A stretch of 64,000 bases of DNA from Candidatus Omnitrophota bacterium (lineage in GTDB: Bacteria > Ratteibacteria > UBA8468 > B48-G9 > DTJG01). Shown one piece after another: positions 1 to 9,176 of this stretch; position 1 is the stretch's first letter, and each line of letters begins with the position of its first letter. The translations under genes and the position numbers were made by a program. The notes under the pieces were generated by a model. That model saw only the letters and a program-made list of their open reading frames with translations, had not been told where the DNA came from and made no database searches. The DNA lies in the NCBI GenBank assembly GCA_023819255.1, contig JAMWBU010000004.1:1418-65417 (forward strand), read 5' to 3'.

Positions 1-1456
1 CCTTATTAAAACCTTTCCATGTCTTTTTTTCATCATCCCACTGAGGCATTCTGAATAGGCACCACATACTTTCAACAGGGTGTATAACAAGAAGATTTCT
101 TTTCTCTGTGCCTTTAGTCATAACCACGTGCAATCTTGCAAAATAATCCTCAACCTTACTGTAAAGATGCCACCACGGCGACTGATAAAAGATGCTGGCT
201 GGATAATCTCTTTTTGCTTCTGCAAGCATCGTATACCAGGAAAGATGCTGGCATCTCAGGTTTATTCCTAAAGCTAACTGCCAGTCGCCAAGCGCCTTAT
301 GGCCTGAAAATGGGAAATCCCATCCAGTGCATCCATATGTTTCTGTTAGGCGCCACTTTCTTCCGAATTGTCTTGCGACTGAACTGACCTGTTTTGCGGT
401 ATTGAATTCTCTCCTGTGTTCTGTAAGAAGATCCATTCCAGGCGCCTGCATATACTGGTAAAATCTCATGCAGCTTCCGACCACATTTGTCTGGGATGCA
501 AGTGTTTCTTCTGAAAGCACATGGCCTGTAAATAATAACTTATTCTTTTCGCACCACTGGCCTATCTGTCTCGCAAAAGCATCAACAAAAAGATATGTAA
601 TGCAATCGTGATAGTGGTATCTGGGTTTTGAAATTTTCTGTTCTGCTATATCGAAATATATTTCAGGAAGATGATTCATTATGTCATAGCCATATCTTTT
701 CTTAAACACAACAGGAAGTTTTTCGGTCCAGGGGACCGCTATGATTGTTTCGGGTTCATTTTGAGAGATAAAAAATGTTCTTCCATAATTAGGTTCGTCT
801 GTAAAAATTCCAGGTATCACATTGCCAAAGTATTTCCCGCAAGAATTTTTATATCTCTGGTGAGTAATTTCAATAAATTTTTTGACTGCCTGGTGGTTCA
901 TTGTATCAAGATATGTGTATCCGTTATACCAGGGGCTTTCCTTTTGGACCTCAATAGTAAAAACAAGATACTTAACTTTATCTTTCGTCCTTTTTTCTAA
1001 CTTTTTGACCTTTCTATAGCTTTTTATTTTGTCCTGTTCAAATTCGATCTCGAAAATTCCGGCAACATTCTTTGCATCTTTAATTTTTTTATACTCGTCA
1101 ACAATCTTCATACCAAGATATCTCATTCGGAATTTCTTGTCTTTTGTAACAAGACCACCTGCTGCTCCTGACGGCCATCTGTCTTCGTCATAAAGATAGG
1201 CGAGCATTTTTAACTTTTTTGCTTCATCAGCACAGGCATTTATGCATTCAAACCACTCTTTTGAAAGATACTCTGTGTCAAGACCAACGCGCGAATGCAT
1301 AAAGAATCCGCCAAGACCCATTTCTTTCATGATTCTTATCTGACGTCTCAATTCTTCTGGCTCAAGTTTTCCATTCCATGCCCAGAATGGCGCGCCCCTG
1401 TAAATGGATGGAAGTTTTTCGAGTTCTTTCAAAATCGCATTAATATTTTTTGACAT
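1..1456 (-). CDS. Glycoside hydrolase, GH106 (alpha-L-rhamnosidase)-like; 3' end runs off the window
   Basis: Not in the ORF track. Hand translation from ATG 1456 (SD GGAGG): MSKNINAILKELEKLPSIYRGAPFWAWNGKLEPEELRRQIRIMKEMGLGGFFMHSRVGLDTEYLSKEWFEC...YLYDEDRWPSGAAGG. PFWxWN, GxGGFFxH and YDEDxWPSG are GH106-like N-terminal motifs. Confidence 0.8.
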   Translation of the reverse strand, partial: MSKNINAILKELEKLPSIYRGAPFWAWNGKLEPEELRRQIRIMKEMGLGGFFMHSRVGLDTEYLSKEWFECINACADEAKKLKMLAYLYDEDRWPSGAAGGLVTKDKKFRMRYLGMKIVDEYKKIKDAKNVAGIFEIEFEQDKIKSYRKVKKLEKRTKDKVKYLVFTIEVQKESPWYNGYTYLDTMNHQAVKKFIEITHQRYKNSCGKYFGNVIPGIFTDEPNYGRTFFISQNEPETIIAVPWTEKLPVVFKKRYGYDIMNHLPEIYFDIAEQKISKPRYHYHDCITYLFVDAFARQIGQWCEKNKLLFTGHVLSEETLASQTNVVGSCMRFYQYMQAPGMDLLTEHRREFNTAKQVSSVARQFGRKWRLTETYGCTGWDFPFSGHKALGDWQLALGINLRCQHLSWYTMLAEAKRDYPASIFYQSPWWHLYSKVEDYFARLHVVMTKGTEKRNLLVIHPVESMWCLFRMPQWDDEKKTWKGFNK

Positions 1457-1518
1457 GCGTCCTCCTTTTTGTGTTCATTAATATACAACATACAAAACAT
1501 TTCAGTCAAGCATATCTT

Positions 1519-2595
1519 TTATAGCGGCACAATGAATAGGGAGCTTTTTCCATCGCGGTCTGAAGTAAATATGACATAAGTCCCTTTCGGGCTGAATGAG
1601 GGATGGACATGACCCAGCTGGTTTCTTTCGGGATTGCAGGAAGAATCTGGCCAGCAGAGTATTTGAGATTTTCCTGTTTCAATGTTGATAATGTATAATT
1701 CATTCTCTTTTTGTTGCTGGACATCAGAGACAATCAATTTATTGTCCATTGAAATGGCTGAATGTCCGAGCAATCTTTTTTCTGAAAAAAAATGTTCTTT
1801 ATAATCAGAGCCATTTATGTCAATTGAAGAGATAAATGTCGGCACCCAGGACGGCACAGTTTTTTTATGAAAGTATAAGCGGTTATTAGTGCCGTGACCC
1901 CAGTATTCGTGTGTTGCGCGGAAGCCTGCTGGCATTACGAGAAATGGTTCGAGTGTTTCATTTTCAACATCCAGCTTCCACGCTCTCGCTCTTTTGTCCG
2001 GTGGCAATGAAAAATTATTCTGCATATCAGGCAGTATGTTAAATGTAACAATCAATTTTTCCGATGGTGCCGCAAGCAAATGAGAAATCTTTTTACACTC
2101 TTGCGGAAGCGGATATGTGCCTGAGATTTGCTGGTTGCCAGATAATTTTTTATAGACTATGCCAGTACGGCCATCTTCATTTTTATAAAGGCCTGAAACC
2201 CAGTTTCCTCTTTCTGAAATAGCAGGTCCAGCAGTTATCTCAGTCCATTGGTTTTCTTTTTCTAACAGAACAGTTCTATCGAGATTTTCTATGTCTGCAC
2301 ATACAATTCTTTTTCCGTCATTCCATATTATATACTGGTCAAAACAAGTGTAGTTATAACATTTTCCAAAATTTTCTGTGATTTGGGTTGTTTCAAGACT
2401 CTCAATTTCCATCCTGTATAATTCAAAATTTCCTGTTTTATTTGAACTGAAAATTACATATCTTTCATCTGCTGAAAATGCCTGAAAATACATATACGGA
2501 GCGACGCAATCGCAGCCATCCATGTAAAACTTCAATATTTTCCTGCCTGTTTTTTCATCAAATATCGTTTGCTTTTTCATAGGAAATATATCCAC
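1519..2595 (-). CDS. Oligogalacturonate lyase (PL22)-like / TolB-like beta-propeller protein
   Basis: 358 aa, GTG start after GGAG. N-terminal D-x-x-TG, Y-M-Y-F-x-A-F-S-x-D, ATHEYW and C-terminal HVHPSFSPKG-x-x-VIFTSDRDG resemble the Ogl family; no signal peptide. Confidence 0.6.
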   Translation of the reverse strand: MDIFPMKKQTIFDEKTGRKILKFYMDGCDCVAPYMYFQAFSADERYVIFSSNKTGNFELYRMEIESLETTQITENFGKCYNYTCFDQYIIWNDGKRIVCADIENLDRTVLLEKENQWTEITAGPAISERGNWVSGLYKNEDGRTGIVYKKLSGNQQISGTYPLPQECKKISHLLAAPSEKLIVTFNILPDMQNNFSLPPDKRARAWKLDVENETLEPFLVMPAGFRATHEYWGHGTNNRLYFHKKTVPSWVPTFISSIDINGSDYKEHFFSEKRLLGHSAISMDNKLIVSDVQQQKENELYIINIETGKSQILCWPDSSCNPERNQLGHVHPSFSPKGTYVIFTSDRDGKSSLFIVPL

Positions 2596-2761
2596 AATTT
2601 CTCCATTTATTTTTGAAGGGAATTTTTAATGCTTGTTTATTTTACTACTGAACGGTTGCAAAGTAAAGAATTTTATTTAAAATTTGTTTATGAAATGTCA
2701 GCTATAATTTAATAAAAATAAATTTGACAAGGAATTGAAGTTTAGAAAATTAAGAGAAAAA

Positions 2762-2790
2762 TTGAAAACTGTTACCAGATTCATTATAAT
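2762..2790 (+). promoter_or_regulatory. Sigma70-type promoter TTGAAA-N17-TATAAT for the pilin-like and beta-helix genes
   Basis: ttgaaa 2762-2767, 17-nt spacer, tataat 2785-2790; AGGAGG SD precedes ATG 2846. Confidence 0.65.
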
Positions 2791-2845
2791 AAATATCAGA
2801 GGACAAAAGGATGAATCAATAAAATAACAAAAAAAGGAGGTAAAA

Positions 2846-3619
2846 ATGGACAGAAAAGGATTTACACTAATAGAACTGCTTGTAGTTATAGCGATAGTGG
2901 CGATTTTATCAGCGATGTTACTTCCTGCGTTAAGCAGGGCCAGGGAAAAAGCAAGGGCTGCTGTATGTATGAACAATTTAAAACAATGCGGATTTGCTTT
3001 CCATATGTACGCGAATGATTATGATGAGTTTTTACCTCCGGCATATTACAGGGAAGGTAACTATGATTACTGGTTTCATCTTATTGCAATTTACCTGGGA
3101 AAGTCAATTGATCATAATTCTTCTACACCATATAAATTTGAATTTGGGCTTATGAAACCAAGCAGACCGCAGGGTATACCGTTTATGCCATGTCCATCTG
3201 CTCGCATTGAAATAAAAACAAGAAATAATGATACTTATACATACAGTGTTAACTATTATTATGGATCACGAGATGATACCGTAATAGGAGTATTTGGGCC
3301 ATATCAAACCGGATCTCCTTATTATAAGGGTTCTAAAAAACTGAGTCAGATAAAAAATCAGAACTGTTTTCTCGTTGTGGATGGGACTTATAATTCTGTA
3401 TACAATATTCTGGGAGCCCCTTTGAATACAGATACAGACGCTGATGGAGTAAACGATACTTACTATTATTTACTTTCTGACCTTCCGAGGAGTCAGTATA
3501 ACTACACCAGCCCCAGGCATTCAAATGGATACACTGCTCTTATGGCAGATGGTTCTGTAAAATATATTAATTTTTTGGAATTTTTAACAAATCAGGAATA
3601 CTGGCGCGCTATAAAATAA
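2846..3619 (+). CDS. Prepilin-type N-terminal cleavage/methylation protein of the DUF1559 / H-X9-DG type
   Basis: KG^[45 protein letters not shown] motif and C-terminal [15 protein letters not shown] (H-X9-DG). Confidence 0.9.
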   Translation: MDRKGFTLIELLVVIAIVAILSAMLLPALSRAREKARAAVCMNNLKQCGFAFHMYANDYDEFLPPAYYREGNYDYWFHLIAIYLGKSIDHNSSTPYKFEFGLMKPSRPQGIPFMPCPSARIEIKTRNNDTYTYSVNYYYGSRDDTVIGVFGPYQTGSPYYKGSKKLSQIKNQNCFLVVDGTYNSVYNILGAPLNTDTDADGVNDTYYYLLSDLPRSQYNYTSPRHSNGYTALMADGSVKYINFLEFLTNQEYWRAIK

Positions 3620-3648
3620 ATTTTAAGGAAATGATCATAGGGGGGATT

Positions 3649-5685
3649 ATGGATAAATTTTTCTATTTGATTAGAAATGCATTTATGATTTGTACTGTGC
3701 TGTTTTTATTCGGAGTCAATGGTTCTTTTCCTCAAGCTAAGAAAGAAAAAATTGCTCCGAATACGCAGGCGATTGAAGAGATTAATCAGGGCAAGAAAAA
3801 CATTGCGTATGCCTCCTGGTGGGGATTTGATCCCGAAGATGCAACAGAAGCACTCCAATCAGCAATTGATTCAGGTGTCCAAAAAGTGATTGTTGATAAT
3901 ACAGGGAAACCATGGGTCATTGGAAAAACAATTCACTTGCGCAGTAATCAGGAAATTATCTTTGAGAAAGGAGTAATTGTTGAGGCGAAAAAAGGAGCCT
4001 TTTCAGGTAAATATGATTGTCTCTTTCTTGCTGAATCCCAGAGTAATATTGTTCTTAATGGCTATGGTGCGACTTTGAAAATGAGAAAGATGGATTACAC
4101 AAAGCCACCTTATGAAAAAGCAGAATGGAGACACATACTTGCTCTTAAAAGCAGTGAAAATGTGAAAGTTTATGGTTTAACACTTTCAAGCAGTGGTGGA
4201 GATGGAGTTTATATTGGTGTATCAAGAAAAGGTGTTCCATGTAAGAACATTCATATAAAAGATGTGATTTGTATCGATAATTACCGTCAAGGTATAAGTG
4301 TCATAAGTGCTGACAACTTAATTATCGAAAACGTTATATTACAGGATACTGAAGGCACTTTGCCGATGGCAGGTATCGATTTTGAACCAAATGAACCTTC
4401 GGAAATGCTTTCAAACATAATTATGAGAAACTGCATATCTCAAAACAACGCCGGGTTTGGTTTCGCTTTCTATCTAAATTACCTGAATAACATTTCTCAT
4501 CCCGTGTCAATTCGCATTGAAAAATGTAAAGCGATCGGGAATAAGGCAGGTGTATGGATTTCTTCAGGTAATAGCAAAGATGCGGCTGTTAAAGGTTCTA
4601 TAGAGTTTGTCGACTGCGTTTTTGAAAATAGTGATCAGCCAGGAATTGTTATCAGTGACAAGTATCCGGAAAACTTAAAAGTCAGGTTTGTTGATTGCAA
4701 GATTAGTAAAACATCAGTCAAACAACCAGAGCAAGCCCCAATTTTTTTTGTATGCTCCCGTAATAGTTCTGAACCAGTTGGGGGAGTTGATTTCATTAAC
4801 TGTGAAATAAATGATGAGATTGAGCGAATGCCTTTCGCTTTTTCTGACTACAGCGGTGGTAGAGTTAAATTGAAAGATATAACGGGTACAATAAAAGTTG
4901 TTCGCAATAATTTTCAGAAGGAATACAGAATTACACAGGAGTTACTCAGTCAGTGGATTCCATCCCAGATTTCTAAACAGTTTGCAGATTTTAATTTAGA
5001 AAACTTGAATAAATTAGAACCATTGTTTCCTGATGCTAAATTTCCGGCAGGCATCTCTTCTAATATAAGATTTCGCGGTGCTGCTGAATTTCTGATATGG
5101 GCAAAAAAAGGTGAAATTGTTTCTTATATAATGGAAGTTCAACCTGTTACCACAGGCGCTCAGCCATTAGATTTAATGATAATTACTCCTTCGGGTAAAA
5201 GTTTTGGGAAGAGAAATTTGTTGGGAGAAAATAAAAATGAATTTATTGCTGATGAGACAGGGGTCTACCGCATTGTTTGCAAAGCAGATTATTCTGTAGC
5301 TATAACAATGAAATCCTGCACGCATAGATTTTGTTTTTTTGCTGCTGATAAAGCTTTTCACTTTTTTCTTACAACAGGCGAATTATACTTTCTTGTTCCA
5401 AGGGGTATTAAAGAATTCGGTATAAATGTTTATGGTGATGCTGGCGAGGCAGTGAAAGCTATCGTTTATGATGAAAAAAAACAAATTCTGGGGCAAAAGG
5501 ATAATATAATTAAAGCACATCAGTTTGTTGTCGCAAGAGATAGTTTTGATAAGGAAGAAATTTATTCAATTAGTTTTGAAAGACCTTCTTCAGGACACTT
5601 TGAAGATTTTTATGTTAGACTTCAGGGTATTCCGGCCTTGTTTGTTCCTGTTAAAGAGGCTTTACTTAAGCTGGTTGAAAATTAG
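3649..5685 (+). CDS. Secreted right-handed parallel beta-helix (pectin-lyase fold) protein with extra C-terminal domains
   Basis: Hydrophobic N-terminal signal, WWGFDPEDATEALQSAIDSG, GGDGVYI, NYRQGISVIS and GIDFEPN repeats typical of beta-helix carbohydrate enzymes; start chosen at the ATG after GGGGG. Confidence 0.75.
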   Translation: MDKFFYLIRNAFMICTVLFLFGVNGSFPQAKKEKIAPNTQAIEEINQGKKNIAYASWWGFDPEDATEALQSAIDSGVQKVIVDNTGKPWVIGKTIHLRSNQEIIFEKGVIVEAKKGAFSGKYDCLFLAESQSNIVLNGYGATLKMRKMDYTKPPYEKAEWRHILALKSSENVKVYGLTLSSSGGDGVYIGVSRKGVPCKNIHIKDVICIDNYRQGISVISADNLIIENVILQDTEGTLPMAGIDFEPNEPSEMLSNIIMRNCISQNNAGFGFAFYLNYLNNISHPVSIRIEKCKAIGNKAGVWISSGNSKDAAVKGSIEFVDCVFENSDQPGIVISDKYPENLKVRFVDCKISKTSVKQPEQAPIFFVCSRNSSEPVGGVDFINCEINDEIERMPFAFSDYSGGRVKLKDITGTIKVVRNNFQKEYRITQELLSQWIPSQISKQFADFNLENLNKLEPLFPDAKFPAGISSNIRFRGAAEFLIWAKKGEIVSYIMEVQPVTTGAQPLDLMIITPSGKSFGKRNLLGENKNEFIADETGVYRIVCKADYSVAITMKSCTHRFCFFAADKAFHFFLTTGELYFLVPRGIKEFGINVYGDAGEAVKAIVYDEKKQILGQKDNIIKAHQFVVARDSFDKEEIYSISFERPSSGHFEDFYVRLQGIPALFVPVKEALLKLVEN

Positions 5686-5772
5686 ATTGCAACAAAGAAA
5701 AAAATTTTAAATTTCATGGTTATTTTTGTTTTCAGGTTAGCGCAAATCACATTTCTCCGATAAAAAAAGTTT

Positions 5773-5801
5773 TTGACATGACCTTATTAAAATTGTAAAA
5801 T
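5773..5801 (+). promoter_or_regulatory. Sigma70-type promoter TTGACA-N17-TAAAAT for the gap operon
   Basis: ttgaca 5773-5778, taaaat 5796-5801, GGAGGAG SD before gap. Confidence 0.75.
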
Positions 5802-5839
5802 ACATTCAACGATCACATTTCCCAACAAAAGGAGGAGTT

Positions 5840-6844
5840 ATGAGAGTTGCCATTAACGGTTTTGGTAGAATCGGAAGACTTGTTTTAAGAGCCGCCATTG
5901 AGAAAGGAGCGAAAGATTTTGAGATTGTTGCTTTCAATGATATCGCAGATGTTAAGACAAATGCGCATCTTTTCAAATATGACTCAAACTACGGAATTTT
6001 TCAGGGGACGGTCGAGGTAAGAGATAAAGAAATTGCGATAAACGGCAAGCCTTATAGAGTTCTTATCGAAAAGGACCCGAAAAATCTTCCATGGAAATCG
6101 ATGAATGTTGACCTTGTTGTTGAATCCACAGGTCTTTTCACTGAGGCGGAAAAAGCAAGAGCCCATATCGAAGCGGGCGCAAGAAAAGTTGTTATAACTG
6201 CTCCTGCAAAGGGTGAGGATGCAATGATTGTTATGGGGGTAAATGACTCAGCGTATGACCCTGCGAAACACAACATTATATCCAATGCCTCCTGCACCAC
6301 AAACTGTCTCGCGCCCATGGTTAAAGTTCTTGATGATGCGTTCGGGGTAATCAAAGGATTGATGACAACAATCCATGCATATACAAACGACCAGAGGATT
6401 CTGGATCTTCCGCATAAAGATCTTCGAAGAGCAAGAGCGGCTGCTCTTTCAATGATACCGACAACAACCGGTGCTGCGAAGGCAATAGGAAAGGTTATTC
6501 CAAAATTGAATGGGAAATTGAACGGCATTGCTATCAGAGTTCCCACTCCAACAGTTTCAATTGTAGATTTTGTCGCTCAAACTGATAAAAGTGTTGATGA
6601 AAAAACAGTTAATGATGCATTCAAAAAGGCTGCTGAGACAAATCTGAAAAATATTATTCAATACTGTGATGAACCACTTGTTTCAAGGGATTTTGTGAAA
6701 AATGAACACTCCTGCATTTTTGATGCGCCCTCAACCTATGTCATTGATGGAAATATGGTGAAGGTTTTTGGCTGGTATGATAATGAATGGGGTTACAGTT
6801 GTAGGGTTGTCGATCTTTTAACAATGATAAGCAAGAAAGGTTAA
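5840..6844 (+). CDS. gap: Type I glyceraldehyde-3-phosphate dehydrogenase
   Basis: [19 protein letters not shown] catalytic motif, WYDNEWGYS. Confidence 0.98.
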   Translation: MRVAINGFGRIGRLVLRAAIEKGAKDFEIVAFNDIADVKTNAHLFKYDSNYGIFQGTVEVRDKEIAINGKPYRVLIEKDPKNLPWKSMNVDLVVESTGLFTEAEKARAHIEAGARKVVITAPAKGEDAMIVMGVNDSAYDPAKHNIISNASCTTNCLAPMVKVLDDAFGVIKGLMTTIHAYTNDQRILDLPHKDLRRARAAALSMIPTTTGAAKAIGKVIPKLNGKLNGIAIRVPTPTVSIVDFVAQTDKSVDEKTVNDAFKKAAETNLKNIIQYCDEPLVSRDFVKNEHSCIFDAPSTYVIDGNMVKVFGWYDNEWGYSCRVVDLLTMISKKG

Positions 6845-6864
6845 GTTTCCACCAGGGGGAAACT

Positions 6865-8049
6865 ATGAAATTATTAACAATTCAGGGTAAGGATTATTCA
6901 GGAAAGCGCGTTTTTGTGCGAGTTGATTTTAATGTGCCGCTGGATAAGGACCAACACATTACCGACGACACAAGAATAAGGGCTTCTCTTGAAACAATAA
7001 ATTTCTTGTTAAACCAGAAAGCCACAGTAATACTTGCTTCTCATCTTGGAAGACCAAAAGGAAAGCCAGAGTCCTCAATGAGTCTTTCACCAGTAGCAAG
7101 ACATCTTTCAGCACTTATCGGCAAGCAGGTTTTATTTGCAAACGATTGTATTGGGCAGGAAGCAAAGAAGATCGTTAACTCCGCTGTAGCCGGAGACATA
7201 GTATTGCTTGAAAATTTAAGATTCCATCCCGGAGAAGAAGAAAATGACGAGGTATTTTCAAAAGCTCTGGCTGAACTTGCAGACTGTTATGTGAACGATG
7301 CATTCGGTTCATCTCATCGAGCTCATGCCTCGATCGTTGGGATAACAAATTTCTTAAAGGATAAGGCAGCGGGTTTTCTCATAGAAAAAGAAGTCAAAGC
7401 TCTCAGCAAGCTTATGGAAAATCCTGAAAGGCCTTTTTTATTAATCGTTGGTGGAGCAAAGGTGAGTGATAAGATAGGTATGCTTAGAAATCTGCTTGAC
7501 AAGGTTGATACAATGATTACAGGCGGAGTGATGGCTTATACATTTATCAGGGCAAATAACTGGGAGACAGGAAATTCAAAGGTGGAATACGATTCCATTC
7601 CGCTTGCGAAAGAGATTTACAAGGAAATAAGAAAAAGACATTTAGAGTTCCACACTCCGCTTGACCATGTTGTGGCAGACAGAATTGCTGAGGATGCTCA
7701 TTATTTCACGACAGAAAGAGGCACTGTGCCGATAGGCTGGATAGGCGTGGATATCGGTCCACAGGCAGTCTGGGAATATACTGATTGTATAAAAAGGGCA
7801 AGGACAATTTTCTGGAATGGCCCTATGGGCGTTTTTGAGATAGAACCTTTTGCTAAAGGGACCATTGAGATAGCAAAAGCGGTTGCGGAAAGCGACGCAT
7901 TTACAGTGATTGGCGGAGGAGACTCAATAGCGGCAGTGAATAAAGCAGGTGTTGCTGATAAAATCTCCCATATTTGCACAGGTGGCGGAGCTTCTCTTGA
8001 GTTCCTCGAGGGAAAGGGACTGCCGGGAATTGATATACTCAAAAAGTGA
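6865..8049 (+). CDS. pgk: Phosphoglycerate kinase
   Basis: RVDFNVP, SHLGRPKG, LLENLRF, WNGPMGVFE, TGGGASLEFLEG. Confidence 0.98.
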   Translation: MKLLTIQGKDYSGKRVFVRVDFNVPLDKDQHITDDTRIRASLETINFLLNQKATVILASHLGRPKGKPESSMSLSPVARHLSALIGKQVLFANDCIGQEAKKIVNSAVAGDIVLLENLRFHPGEEENDEVFSKALAELADCYVNDAFGSSHRAHASIVGITNFLKDKAAGFLIEKEVKALSKLMENPERPFLLIVGGAKVSDKIGMLRNLLDKVDTMITGGVMAYTFIRANNWETGNSKVEYDSIPLAKEIYKEIRKRHLEFHTPLDHVVADRIAEDAHYFTTERGTVPIGWIGVDIGPQAVWEYTDCIKRARTIFWNGPMGVFEIEPFAKGTIEIAKAVAESDAFTVIGGGDSIAAVNKAGVADKISHICTGGGASLEFLEGKGLPGIDILKK

Positions 8050-8056
8050 GGAAAAA

Positions 8057-8812
8057 GTGATAAGACCACTTATTGCGGGCAACTGGAAGATGTATAAAAC
8101 GCCGAAAGAGGCAGAAAATTTTGCTAAGGAGTTGAAGGAAATTCAGAAGTATGATGATCGCGACATACTTGTATGTCCACCTTTTCCAGCAATTGCGATT
8201 GTTAGTAGAATTCTTGCTGACACTGGAATTTACGTTGGGGCTCAAAATGTTTATCCCGCAAAAGAGGGCGCATTTACCGGCGAAGTTTCTCCTTTGATGC
8301 TCAAGGATGCCGGCGCGCAATTTGTGATATGCGGACATTCTGAAAGGCGGCAAATTTTTAAGGAAACAGATGATTTGATTGGTGAAAAAGTCAGGGCAGT
8401 TGTTGAGTATGATATGGTTCCTATCCTGTGTGTTGGCGAAACTCTGCAGCAGAATGAAAAAGGTGAAACCTTTTCTGTGGTGAAAATGCAGATTGAACAG
8501 GGATTAAAAAATATTTCGGCAGATATGATAAAAAACATTGTGATTGCTTACGAACCTGTATGGGCGATAGGCACAGGCAAAAATGCAACCCCGCGGCAGG
8601 CAAATGAGGTTCACGCCTTTATCAGAAACATTATTCAACAGATATATGGAAATGTTGCCAGATCCATTCGTATCCTTTATGGTGGAAGTGTGAAGCCTGA
8701 CAATATTGACAGCCTGATGGCTGAAAAAGATATTAATGGCGTGCTTGTGGGTGGAGCAAGTTTAAAGTTTGAGTCCTTTTCGCGAATAGCAGGTTTTAAT
8801 AAATCGGTGTGA
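8057..8812 (+). CDS. tpiA: Triosephosphate isomerase
   Basis: AGNWKM, GHSERR, AYEPVWAIGTG, LVGGASL; likely GTG start at 8057. Confidence 0.97.
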   Translation: MIRPLIAGNWKMYKTPKEAENFAKELKEIQKYDDRDILVCPPFPAIAIVSRILADTGIYVGAQNVYPAKEGAFTGEVSPLMLKDAGAQFVICGHSERRQIFKETDDLIGEKVRAVVEYDMVPILCVGETLQQNEKGETFSVVKMQIEQGLKNISADMIKNIVIAYEPVWAIGTGKNATPRQANEVHAFIRNIIQQIYGNVARSIRILYGGSVKPDNIDSLMAEKDINGVLVGGASLKFESFSRIAGFNKSV

Positions 8813-8819
8813 GGGATAC

Positions 8820-9176
8820 ATGATTACATTTCTCATAGTTGTGCATTTGATAGTATCGATTCTTTTGATTGTAGCTGTCCTTCTTCAGAGTGGCAAGGGT
8901 TCTTCAATGGCAAACGTGTTTGGTGGCGGTGGCATGGAAACGGTTTTTGGCGCAGAGACGCCTGCCATTATGAATAGAATCACGACAGTGCTGGCTGTGT
9001 TGTTTATGGTGAATTGCATCCTTCTTACAACAATGTCTTTTAAGTATGCCGGATCTTCTGTGATTCAAAGGGAATTGCAAAAAGAATCCTTGCCATCAGA
9101 GCCGGTTGAAAACCCTGCTGGACCGTCAATTCCAACAACACCTTCAACAGATGTGCCGCCGGCACAGAAAAATTAA
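8820..9176 (+). CDS. secG: Preprotein translocase subunit SecG
   Basis: Two TM helices, VLLQSGKG...FGGG linker, classic position after tpiA. Confidence 0.92.
   Translation: MITFLIVVHLIVSILLIVAVLLQSGKGSSMANVFGGGGMETVFGAETPAIMNRITTVLAVLFMVNCILLTTMSFKYAGSSVIQRELQKESLPSEPVENPAGPSIPTTPSTDVPPAQKN

Noticed and set aside
80-1000. Plus-strand ORFs 80..271, 136..387 and 671..1000
   Set aside because: Antisense shadows of the GH106-like gene on the minus strand; no motifs.
7949-8056. Long N-terminal extensions in the ORF track for tpiA, and similarly gnd, ribD, ribBA, purM and hisI
   Set aside because: They come from upstream alternative start codons; family homology and SD or overlap evidence begin at the later starts reported.
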